From NCBI GenBank assembly GCA_001244265.2, contig CDLV01000021.1, positions 1 through 64,000 of the forward strand: a stretch of 64,000 nt of DNA, in the 5' to 3' direction. Of this stretch, positions 10,460 through 31,919 are shown piece by piece. The DNA comes from Microbotryum violaceum. Its lineage: Eukaryota. The notes below the pieces were generated by a model, which saw only the letters and a list, made by a program, of their open reading frames with translations, did not search any database and was not told the DNA's origin. A program made the position numbers and the translations under genes. Numbering within the stretch: position 1 is the stretch's first letter; every line of letters begins with the position of its first letter.

Positions 10460-12130
10460 ACTTGGACCGGGCAAAGGGAGGGCATGCGCTTTGGAAGCGA
10501 GACAAGCATTGCAGTAAAAATCCCGGAGCTCCTGATCCTTATACACCCAATCCACCCCAGTAACCAAGCCTTTCTGCACAATGTTTTTGATTTGCGCAAC
10601 GGGCAAGTGCGCGAGGCGACGGTGCAGAGTCAGCAAGGACACTTTGGTAGGGATGGCGAGGAGGGCTTTGGGCGTACAGGGTGTAGGTCCAAGTGCCAAG
10701 GCGTACAGTGTGACAAGTCCACTCTCAGCTCGGCAGAGGCGCCTCGGTCGGTGCGCGCACCCGCTAGCCCGCCCCCTGCGCTGGGGACTTAGACGCGCGC
10801 GACTGACTCAGCGCGCCAGCGCCGGGTGGGTCCGTGCGCGTGCCCACTAGGCCGCCCCTTGCGGTGGGGACTTAGGCGCGCGCGACTGCGTTAGCGCGCT
10901 AGCAACTTCACCCGCGACTGGGCCTATCCAGCGCGGGTCCCCTTTCTATTTCTTAGCTTCCCTCTCACCACTTCTGTTCAACAATCGACCTCTCCTGACA
11001 GTAGTGGTGATTGTCTCATAGGTATGCTGAAATAGACCACTTCTGTTCAACAATCGACCTCTCCTCAGTAGTGGTGATTGTCTCATAGGTTATTCGCCCA
11101 TCGACCTACCGCTGGCATGGACACGTCGTCGCCCCTAACGACGGGTGCCCACCCAACAATCCCGCCGAACAGCTCGCCGCACTTACGTCGCTGCTGTCGG
11201 GTCTCACCACTGCCACATCCGCCACGTCGTCCGGCACCTCTCGCCCCGCCTTTCCCAAGCACGCACGCTTGGATGGGCCCAAGACGTTTGCGAGCTGGAC
11301 ACGCCAGCTTCGCCTCTGCCTCGCGGACGACATCCGCTCATACGTCCTCGACGGGATTGTGCCCGCCGACTGGACACCTTCGCACCGCTCTGCCCGCGAT
11401 GTCGTGGCACGTGAGCTCCTAGCGAACTCGATCGACTCAGCCGACGTCTCGGCAGTCCTCGACCAAATCCCTACCGCCGACCTCACAGCGCCCAAAATGT
11501 ACTCGACGCTGAAATCGCGGTATGCTCCTGACGACGCCACTCGCACGCTCGAGCTCTTCTCCCGACTGTGGAGCTTCCGGCCCATGCCTGGCACCGTTGG
11601 CGAATTCGACGGCTGGATCATGGAGTTCAAAGCTATTGCGCAAGAAATCATCGATACGAAGACCACGATCAACGATGTTCTCGCCACACTCCTCCTCGCC
11701 ATCGCTCACCCGTCCCTCGAGAGTTTCAAGGCGTCGTTCACCGATGAACAGCGCACTCAACGATCTCTCCCTGCTATCGATTCGCTCGCCGACCGCATGC
11801 GTGTTCAACTTCGGTCCACCAACGTCCCCAGCACCCAATCGGCCCTTCTTGCCTCGTCGTCGTCACGTCCTACCCGTCCCAAGTGTCTCGCCTGTCGCAG
11901 CCCTTCGCACCGTGTGGCGGAGTGCCCTGTGAGAGCGACACACCCGCCGCCAGGACCCTGTCGCTCCTGCAAGCAGAATCACTGGTCTTTTGACTGCAAA
12001 AAGGCTCTCGGAACAGCAAAAAGGCCGACACGGCGAACTCGACCGCCGACCCGCAACACCATGTCGGATGTATCGCCACCGGTCTTCTCGCTCGTCGCCG
12101 CCAGCTTCGCACCAACTCTTTCGTCGTTGA

Positions 12131-18114
<5,984 letters not shown>

Positions 18115-19713
18115 CACTGAAGGTCCTCCGAACTGACAATGGTGGCGAGTATTGCTCGAGAGCATTCACGGAGTTCTGCAAGGTGCGAGGTACGCGTCGA
18201 CAATACTCTATCCCTCGCACGCCTCAACAAAACGGTCGGGCGGAGCGGGTCAATCGTTCCATTGTTGAAGGTATTCTTGCCCTTCTGGCGGACGCCCATC
18301 TACCCAAGACATTCTGGGAGGAGGCTGCGGCTTACTTCGTTTACTGCAAGAACCTGGTTCAACACTCGGCTCTCGACAAGGCAACACCGAACTCGGTCTG
18401 GCAGGGCGGACGCACTACAGCCTCCGCGCTTCACCCGTTCGGCTGTGCGGCTTGGCTCACGGTCGCGCCCGAACTTCGCTCTAAACTCGACCCGAAAGCG
18501 GTTCGCGTTCTGTTCACCGGCTACGACTTGGCTTCCAAAGCCTTCCGCTTCTACGACACTACAACAAAGAAGGTCACCCTGGGCAGAAATGCCACCTTCC
18601 TCGACACCGAATTCCCCGGGTTATGTGGCGACTCTGCCGATCCAGACGATGACACGCACTTCGCCAGCGCTCCCTTCGCCGACCCTCAAACCACCGTCAA
18701 GTCATGGACCCCACTAGTAAGGTCGGCGCACATGGACGTCTCATCCCCTCTTGATGATTCTTCCATGAGCGCCGTTGACGTGGCCCCAGGGTACACTGGC
18801 GGATCCTTACTTAATTCCACAGATGCCGAATCGCCCGCGTCACCGTCGCCTGCGCCGTCCTCGTCACTGTCTCCTGAGCCGGCCTCGTCCCCTTCGGCTG
18901 CACCATCGTTCGCGCCCTCACCGTCGTTGGCTGCATCGTCGTCACCTTCGGCCTTACCCACTGAATCTGAATACTCCGCCGATCCTCTTGACCTCATCGG
19001 ATCACAGCCCCAGGCTCCCCTCGACCCAATGGACACCCCACTCCCAGACTTCAGCACGTACCGCGAGCCCGCATCGGCTGAGGAGTCGCCCGACGAACTC
19101 GACCTCATTGGACGCCACTCTCGCGACGAGTCCCCGGACGAAATCGATTTCCTCACTCGCCATCACCGCGCGTTCATTGCGACTGACGACGACAACTCTG
19201 ACACCGAGGCCATCGAACCTGTCAAATCCATTACGAGCGACCCACAGACCTGGCGAGAAGCGATGTCGGGCGACAAACGTGAGGTATGGGCCAAGGCCGC
19301 TGCCGATGAGTTCAATTCCATGCGCGACGACTTCAAGGTCTTCACCATTGATGACCGTTCTACAGTACCTGCGGGCGCGACCATCGTATCGTCCAAATTC
19401 GTCTGGAAAACAAAACGGAACGCACTCGGCGAGATCACTGGACACAAGGCACGGCTGGTCGCGCAAGGCAATCGCCAACGTGACGGCATCGACTTCACTG
19501 AAACCTTCGCACCGGTCGCACGCTTCTCTTCGATACGCTCACTCCTCGCGCTCGCGGCTGCCAACGGCCTGCATGTACACCAAGCGGACATCGACAAAGC
19601 CTATCTTCACGGCGACCTCGATCACGACATCTGGATGACGGCACCGCGCGGCTTCGACCTTCCCAGCGACAAGGTGCTTCGGCTGCGACGCTCCATCTAC
19701 GGGCTCAAACAGG

Positions 19714-20475
<762 letters not shown>

Positions 20476-23400
20476 TGACCCCCGGTCTTTCGCTCACCGC
20501 CATTCCGGGCCAAGGCACGGAACAGATCAGGTCGTGGTATCTACAGGCAATCGGCTCGCTCCTCTACATCTCGCTTGGCACTCGCCCCGACATCGCCTTC
20601 GCCGTATCTTACCTGGCCCGCTTTGCCAACAACCCGGGCCAGCGCCATTGGATTGCCGTCAAGCACGTCCTACGCTACCTCCGAGCCACTTATCGCGACG
20701 AGCTTCTCTACACTCGTGGTAAGACGGACATCAAGGGCGTGGTAGGTTACTCCGATGCCAACTGGGGTGCCTGCGTCGACACATCGGTCTCCACCATGGG
20801 TTTTGTCTTCTACATTGCCGGCTCCGCTGTGTCCTGGTCCTCCAAGCGTCAATCGCGGGTCGCCGACTCTACCACCGACGCGGAATACCTCGCTCTCTCG
20901 CATGCTGGCAAGGAAGGGATCTACCTCAGTCAGCTGCTTGAGGAGCTCCATGTCCAGTCCGGTATCCCCACTCACATCTACACTGACAACGAAGCTGCTG
21001 CCGCCGTCGCACGGGACCCTGTCCGCGCATCCGGGACTCGACATATCCGTCTGCGTGAGCACTTCGTTCGGGACATGGTGAATCGGGGTGAGATTTCTCT
21101 TTTGCACGTGGGGACAAGCAACATGGTGGCCGACATTTTTACCAAGGCACTTGGCCCGAAGATTTTTTCCATGCATTGCTATGCTCTCGGCTTGCGCACT
21201 CGACATCCACGGCTTGGGTCTGCCTCGCATTCGCGTGGGGGGGGTGTGACAAGTCCACTCTCAGCTCGGCAGAGGCGCCTCGGTCGGTGCGCGCACCCGC
21301 TAGCCCGCCCCCCTGCGCTGGGGACTTAGACGCGCGCGACTGACTCAGCGCGCCAGCGCCGGGTGGGTCCGTGCGCGTGCCCACTAGGCCGCCCCCTTGC
21401 GGTGGGGACTTAGGCGCGCGCGACTGCGTTAGCGCGCTAGACTGCGTTAGCGCGCTAGCAACTTCACCCGCGACTGGGCCTATCCCAGCGCGGGTCCCCT
21501 TTCTATTTCTTAGCTTCCCTCTCACCACTTCTGTTCAACAATCGACCTCTCCTGACAGTAGTGGTGATTGTCTCATAGGTATGCTGAAATAGACCACTTC
21601 TGTTCAACAATCGACCTCTCCTGACAGTAGTGGTGATTGTCTCATATACAGGTTGTTCCGATGGCTTGAGCGGTAGCGACGACGGCACCCGAGGGACGGG
21701 CGATGCTTGCACAACGAGATGCGAAGGAGACGCGGTAGCCAAGTTGATCCAACTGGAAGACGGACAGCAGGTTGCATGGGAGATCCGGTACCAGGAGGAC
21801 ATTGGACACAGTGATGGGGCCCGTTGAAGTCTGGATGCAAATGGTGCCACAGCCGGTGGAAGGGAGGGAGCCGGCGACACCTCCAACTCGTGGGCCGGCG
21901 ACCGTGCGAAGCTCGGAAAAAAGGCCCCTGTCGTTCGTCATATGGCGATTAGCGCCCGAGTCAAGAAGCCAAGCCGATTTGCGAAATGGCGAAGGTGTTG
22001 CGAGGAGACAGGCCGTGAACGACACAGAGTTGGGTGTGTCCACTGCGGCTGGTGACGCGACTGGCTGGGAGGCCTTCTTCTCGGCGGTGCGACGAGCTCG
22101 GTAGGCGGCGGCCCAGGCGGTGTCGGGGCATTCCCGGAGCCAGTGCAACTTGCGACAAGACGGATTTGGGCACGGCCTGGAACAGCCGCGGCGGGCCTGC
22201 GGGGTGGCGACGGCGGCAACAGGAGTATCGACGGGGCGGGCTTTGACATCGCGGTAAAGGCGCGTGAAGATCTCGGTGGCGGAGGGCATCGCAGTGGAAT
22301 CGCCCTGGTCAGCAACAAAGGTGGTGCGCCAGGCGTCGAAGGACGAAGGAAGGCGAGCAAGCAAGTGCGAGGCGAGAAGGGCGTTCACGGTGACCTGCGA
22401 GTCCTGCAGCAGCCGGGCGTCGTTTTCGAAACTGTCGCGGAATTGCAGGAACAGGTCGGGAGTGACGGGCACAGGGTCGGAGCTGAAGAGGCGTTGGATG
22501 ACCGGTAGCAGATCGACAGCAGAGACGGTGCCATAGCGTTTGCGAAGTGCCTGCCAGACCTTGGGTGCTGCGAGCGATTCGTCGAGGTAAGGTGACAGGC
22601 CTGGGAGGACAGTTTGCGAATCGACGGAGGCGCAAATGGAGGAGCAGGCGTAGTGGTCCCAGAGAGGGACATACGAAGCAGGCCAAGACTCGAGTGGTAC
22701 GCCCGTGTTGAGGTAACGGACGACGCCGGAGGGCAGGCGTGAACGGATGGCGAGGACCCAGTCTCGGTAGCCGGACGAGTTGCGAAGCAGCTCGGTCGTT
22801 GCGAAGGCCGCAGAGTGGGTGGGCGGGCGCAAGGGCGGCGCATCGGGCGTGGGCTCGCGGAGCTTGGCTTCAGGCGCGGAGGCGCCGGCGTCGGACATGT
22901 TGCGAAGGGTGAAAAAGTAGAGCGAAGGGCGGGCACGGAGGTGGCCGCACTGGTAGCTCGGTTGGGCTAATAACCTGTGATGTTGTCACACCTGCTCAAG
23001 CGGTGGTAAGTCTCTGATCGAAGGACCGAGGGAGACCAGACCAAGAAGTTGCTTGTTACACACCTGCTCAAGCGGTGGTAAGTCTCTGATCGAAGGACCG
23101 AGGGAGACCAGACCAAGAAGTTGCTTGTTACACACCTGCTCAAGCACTACAGTAAGTTACCACATCTAGAGGGGTGAAAGATGATAGGAAGAGTAGTGCT
23201 CACCTGCTCAAGCGGTGGTAAGTCTCTGATCGAAGGACCGAGGGAGACCAGACCAAGAAGTTGCTTGAGCAGGAGAGAAACCAGAGTGGGGCCATTTGGC
23301 TGGGCCCAAGTCAGCCCAGCCAAAGTCAGGCGCACGGACCTGGCCCAGGTGCAGAGACCAGGCCCAGAGTGGGAGAGCTAAGGTGGTGAAAAGTAGGCCA

Positions 23401-23482
23401 AAAGTGATCAAAACGAAGAGAGGAGGATGTTGAGGTAGGTACAAGATACAAGAAAGACATGAAGGAGATATTTGATCTCACA

Positions 23483-26272
<2,790 letters not shown>

Positions 26273-27037
26273 CTTTTGTCTATGCAGGTGCTGCCGTCTC
26301 ATGGTCCTCCCGGCTTCAATCGCGCGTTGCTGACTCCACTTGTGACGCCGAGTACCTCGCACTGTCACACGCTGGTAAGGAGGCAATCTTTCTGCGTCAG
26401 CTCTTTGGTGAGCTTGGCCTTTCGTCTTCAAAGCCCGTCCTCATCTACGGCGACAACCAAGGTGCCAATGCTCTCACCAAGAATCCGGTATTTCATGCTC
26501 GGACTCGGCACATCCGCCTGCGCGAACACTTCGTCCGGGATATGGTTTCCATGGGCGATATTGTCGTCCAGTACATCAACACTGGTGAGATGACAGCGGA
26601 CATCTTCACCAAAGCATTGTCACGCGACCTCTTTGCTCGGCACCGCGGTCGACTCGGTATCTGTGCTCCCTGATACTCGAAGTAGGGGGGGTGTGAGATC
26701 AAATATCTCCTTCATGTCCTTCTTGTATCTTGCATCTACCTCAACATGCTCCTCTCTTCATTTTGATCACTTTTGGCCTACTTTTCACCACTCTAGCTCT
26801 CCCACTCTGGGCCAGGTCCGTGCGCCTGACTCTGGCTGGGCACTTAGGCCCAGCCAGCTGGCCCCTCCCTGGTTTCTCTCCTGCTCAAGCAACTTCTTGG
26901 TCTGGTCTCCCTTGGTCCTTCGATCAGAGACTTACCACCGCTTGAGCAGGTGTGTAATAAGCAACTTCTTGGTCTGGTCTCCCTTGGTCCTTCGATCAGA
27001 GACTTACCACCGCTTGAGCAGGCGTGACATCATCACA
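26273..27037 (+). mobile_element. Copia A copy A4, 3' end (RNase H, PPT, 3' LTR 26692-27037)
   Basis: [58 protein letters not shown]; stop TGA at 26671-26673; PPT AGTAGGGGGGG; short LTR variant. Confidence 0.92.
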
Positions 27038-28568
27038 TGGGGTGAGGCTGCTTTGTACTATGTGCACTGCAAAAACCTGATGCCTCACGCCGGCATTGGT
27101 GGTGAGATCCCCGACACTCGTTGGCATGGCTTTGCGCCTGACATCTCCACCCTTCGCGCATTTGGCTGCCGCGCTTGGCACCACCTTCCCTCGGCCAAGC
27201 GCACGGACCTCGACCCCAAGGCTGTACCCCTCCTGTTTGTTGGTTTTGACCAACATGCCAAGGCTTTCCGACTCTTCGAGCCGTCCACGCGCAGGATACA
27301 ACTCAGCCGCAATGTCGTCTTCCGTGAATCTGAGTTCCCTGCACTCCGGCCAGCCACCGACGTTTGCGCTGAACCAATCCCACTCCCCGTCATCATTGAC
27401 GCATACCCTGACCAGGTAGACCCCCTTACGCCTTTGCTCGTTGCTTCCCCTTGCTCACTCGCGCCTCGCGCTGAGCCACCTCGACCCGTGCCGGCAGCCC
27501 CTGACCAGGGCCCGCACCGTCCCTCCCCTGCCCGCGAGGTCCCTGACCAGGACTCGCTCGCACCCCCTGCCCCTGACCAAGGCTCCCCTGCTCGTGAGCT
27601 CCCTGACCCGGAATCTCCTGCATCAAGCGCCTCTGACCAAGGCAGCTCCAACTCGGCCATCTCCACGCCTTGTCCTTCCCCGCGCCCCGTGGCCTCCCGT
27701 GTATTGCCAGCACCATCCTCACCCGCTCGGTCCGACTCCCCAGACCCGATCGATCTCCTGCCACGCCCACGCGATGTTGCTTTGCTATGCCAGGCGCAGG
27801 AGTTTCCCGACGATGTGGATGACGCACTCCACTCACCCTCTGCCGTGGCCTACCTTGCCTCTGGCGCTGCCGCCCTCATTGAGACCTCGCCCGCCGACCC
27901 TGCGGAACTGATTGCCCCCGCTCGCGACCCACCTCACTGGCGGGCGGCCATGGCCACCCCTCAAGCGGATGACTGGCGTCTTGCGGCCTGCGACGAGTTT
28001 GACTCACTCTTGCGAGATTTTTCGGCGTTCACACCAATTGACGAGTCCCTTGTCCCAGCAGACGCCAAGGTCCTGGGCTCCCGCTTTGTCTTCCGCACCA
28101 AACGCGACCAGCATGGCCAAGTCAAGTCCTACAAGGGCCGTCTCGTTGCTCGTGGTGACTCCCAACGCTCTGGCATCGACTTTGACAAGACCTTCGCACC
28201 CGTGGCCAAATTCACCTCCATCCGCGCACTCCTGGCTCTTGCTGCTGCTCATGGGTACCACATCCACCAGGCCGACATTGACAAAGCCTACCTGCACGGC
28301 AAACTCGATGCACCCCTGTACATTCGTGTACCTGATGGCATCTACATGCCAGGCAAGGTCCTCCAACTGCATCGGTCCCTCTATGGTTTGCGCCAGGCCG
28401 GTCGCATCTGGAACGACAAGATTGACTCTGCCTTGTCCGCACTTGGCTATGTTGCCACCGAATCCGACCACTGCGTCTACGTCAGGACAACGGGCGATGT
28501 GCGCCACTACATTGCGCTCTATGTCGACGACCTGCTCATGATCAGCCCCTCTCTCCCGAGATTGAGCG
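27038..28568 (+). mobile_element. Copia A copy A5, internal fragment (integrase C-term to RT)
   Basis: Open frame WGEAALYYVHC...KGRLVARG..TFAPVAK..LYGLRQAGRIW..LYVDD; starts directly after the A4 LTR and ends at the B4 LTR. Confidence 0.9.
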
Positions 28569-29800
28569 TATGAGACGATCACCACTACTGTCAGGAGAGG
28601 TCGATTGTTGAACAGAAGTGGTGAGAGGGAAGCTAAGAAATAGAAAGGGGACCCGCGCTGGGATAGGCCCAGTCGCGGGTGAAGTTGCTAGCGCGCTAAG
28701 GCAGTCGCGCGCGCCTAAGTCCCCACCGCAAGGGGGCGGCCTAGTGGGCACGCGCACGGATCCACCCGGCGCTGGCGCGCTGAGTCAGTCGCGCGCGTCT
28801 AAGTCCCCAGCGCAGGGGGGCGGGCTAGCGGGTGCGCGCACCGACCGAGGCGCCTCTGCCGAGCTGAGAGTGGACTTGTCACACCCCCCCCCACGCGAAT
28901 GCGAGGCAGACCCAAGCCGTGGATGTCGAGTGCGCAAGCCGAGAGCATAGCAATGCATGGAAAAAATCTTCGGGCCAAGTGCCTTGGTAAAGATGTCGGC
29001 CACCATGTTGCTTGTCCCCACGTGCGAAAGAGAAATCTCACCCCGATTCACCATGTCCCGAACGAAGTGCTCACGCAGACGGATATGTCGAGTCCCGGAT
29101 GCGCGGACAGGGTCTCGTGCGACGGCGGCAGCAGCTTCGTTGTCAGTGTAGATGTGAGCGGGGATACCGGACTGGACATGGAGCTCCTCAAGCAGCTGAC
29201 TGAGGTAGATCCCTTCCTTGCCAGCATGCGAGAGAGCGAGGTATTCCGCGTCGGTGGTAGAGTCGGCGACCCGCGATTGACGCTTGGAGGACCAGGACAC
29301 AGCGGAGCCGGCAATGTAGAAGACGAAACCCATGGTGGAGACCGATGTGTGGACGCAGGCACCCCAGTTGGCATCGGAGTAACCTACCACGCCCGTAATG
29401 TCCGTCTTACCACGAGTGTAGAGAAGCTCGTCGCGATAAGTGGCTCGGAGGTAGCGTAGGACGTGCTTGACGGCAATCCACTGGCGCTGACCCGGGTTGT
29501 TGGCGAAGCGGGCCAGGTAAGATACGGCGAAGGCGATGTCGGGGCGAGTGCCAAGCGAGATGTAGAGGAGCGAGCCGATTGCCTGTAGATACCACGACCT
29601 GATCTGTTCCGTGCCTTGGCCCGGAATGGCGGTGAGCGAAAGACCGGGGGTCATCGGGATGGTAGCGCCGCGAGTCGTAGTGTCGAAGTGGAACCGAGCG
29701 AGCACGTCCATGATGTACCGTTCCTGGCATAGGGCGATAGAGCCATCGTTGAGACGCCTGATCTGGATGCCGAGGATGTACTCGGCCGGTCCAAGGCGTT
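28569..29800 (-). mobile_element. Copia B copy B4, 3' end (3' LTR 28569-28883, PPT, RT/RNase H)
   Basis: Reverse complement of B 16819-18045; LTR has a single terminal unit. Confidence 0.93.
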
Positions 29801-31325
29801 TGCCATGGTAGATAAGTTCCCCTTTGTGTACGTTGTCCAACACGACACCCCTCAGAGCCTCGATGGTCCACTTGGAGTTTGGTCTTGAAGCTTTGCATTG
29901 TGTTAGCCCAGTTGTCTTAGCGCGGCCCTTTGCTAGAACCTCACCTGACTCGCGCGCCCCTGTGCCTTTCTTCCTCTTCTCTACCGCTTCCCAACATTAG
30001 CTAGACGGCTAATCTTTGGTAGAGAACAGATCGTCCAGCCGCACCGCGTCCGTCTCATCAGACCGCGCCCTTGTCGCCTTGCGACTTCTCCTGTTGACCG
30101 TCTGTTGCATCCTTGCCACAACAACGCTCCACCAGTAGCCCTAGCGGTCGCTACGCCAAATTCCGATAAGCTCTTTGGTACCCATTCAACAACCGTTGCC
30201 CCGACAGACCAATGCGCCCAAGCTTACTACGCCCACCTTAACCGGGAATACAACCCCACTTTGGCACAATCCACACTTTGTCTGCTCCACACATTTTTCA
30301 ACATCTTGCGCGCCCCGATCGACGAGAAAGACTTCGTCACTTGGATGGCCAAATTCATCGACCAAGCAAACTGCCTTGAATCCGCAAACATCACGATCAC
30401 GGACGTCATCACGGCTAGGGCACTCACACTGATACCGGATGAACTGGATGCATTCCGACAGTACATGGAACTGCACAACACCGACCAACTCCCAACACCG
30501 GCGAACCTGATGGCCCTCACGCACAAACAGATCAAAAATCACCATGACACCCGCAACACAGGCTCAAACATTGCCGCATTTGCCGCAACTTCATCATACC
30601 CCACGTCGTCATCCAGATCATCAAAACCAACCCCGGCCCTATTTGTCTGCCCCGCCTGCAAAACCAGTGTACACCGCATCCGCGACTGCCCCAACAAAGA
30701 CGCGCGCAAACGATACTTTGAACAACGCAGAGGATAGCAACGCCCAACCATGGCCCCACCCATCACACCATTGGAGGACACACCCATGGTAGCATCAATC
30801 TTGCGGTTTCAAGAACTACCAACATCCTCTCTTGGCCAAAATTGGTAAAGTCCCCGCTCCGCGCACACATCCAGGTCTCACTACACCGGTCACTGCCTCG
30901 TCATCAACAACACCTCGTCCAAGCCTCCCTTCGTGCTCTTCTGGAAGCGTTCAAACGAGGGGTGGTGTTGAATTTCATTCTACTACAAGCCTTCGAACAC
31001 TTCAACCTCGGGCGCCCTTTTTCGCCTCGGCGCTTTTCTCGCCTTGGGCGCCTTTCGTAAGCCGCCCCCTTGTCTTCGCAGCTAAGCCGCCCCCTTACTC
31101 AAGCGGCCAAGCCGCCCCCTTCTCACCCGCGCGCGCCGCTCCCTCCACGCCGGGACTTCGTCATATCCGCGCCTCTCACACGTTACCGAGCCAAGGCCTC
31201 CACCTCGCCACAGCCAGTTGCCGCCTCCGACCTCATGGACCACAGGCAATACAGAACATTGCCCCTCCATGAAGTACGTCGCCTACCACCTGAAACTCAC
31301 CGTAACGGATTGCCACCTCCAACAA
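29801..31325 (+). mobile_element. Degenerate LTR element family C copy C1 (LTR ~29801-30028, gag-like ORF 30105-30737)
   Basis: LTR-like segment homologous to 31326-31628; ORF with CCHC knuckle CPACKTSVHRIRDC; no recognisable pol. Confidence 0.7.
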
Positions 31326-31880
31326 TACCAGACGGGATAAGTCCTCCCCTCGTGTTCGTCGTCCAACACAACACCTCTCAGCCTCGATGGCCCACTAAGA
31401 GTTTGGCCTTATGTGCTTCACAATGTGATAGGCCAGCTTGCTATAATTCACCCGCGCGCCTGCCTGATAGAACTGTGTCCATCCCGTGCCTCCTTATGCC
31501 TTTCTTCCTCTTCTCTACCGCTTCCCAATATTAGCCAGACTGCTAATCTTCGGTAGAGAACAAGTTAGTTGCAATCTCATCCACCGCTTCCCAATATTAG
31601 CCAGACTGCTAATCTTCTGTAGAGAACAGATCGTCCAGCCGCGCCGCGTCCGTCTCGTCAGACCGCGCCTGTGCCGCCTCACGACTTCTCCCCCCCCCGG
31701 CCGACGTCGCACACAGCAGCCTCGTCGTAGCTCCACCAGTAGCCCAAGCGGTCGCTACTCCCAAGTCCGAGACTTCTTCGGCATCCACTCAACAATAGTC
31801 TTCCCTCTTCGGTCTAGCAGCGTCGAGGGGGTCGACTCGGGCAGCCCATCATCCAACCACCCGTGTGCGCTCGTGCTGCC
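31326..31880 (+). mobile_element. Family C copy C2 (LTR ~31326-31628 with duplicated terminal unit, short truncated internal region)
   Basis: Homologous to 29801-30200 (gataag..gtccaacac..gcctcgatgg; accgcttcccaa..gtagagaacagatcgtccagccgc; ctccaccagtagccc). Confidence 0.7.
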
Positions 31881-31919
31881 ATGATCAGTCGCGCTCGTCT
31901 CCGAACCTTCATTTTCACG

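Noticed and set aside
26633-28573. 646-aa ORF starting before and crossing the A4 LTR
   Set aside because: Chance read-through from LTR sequence into the A5 fragment; not a gene
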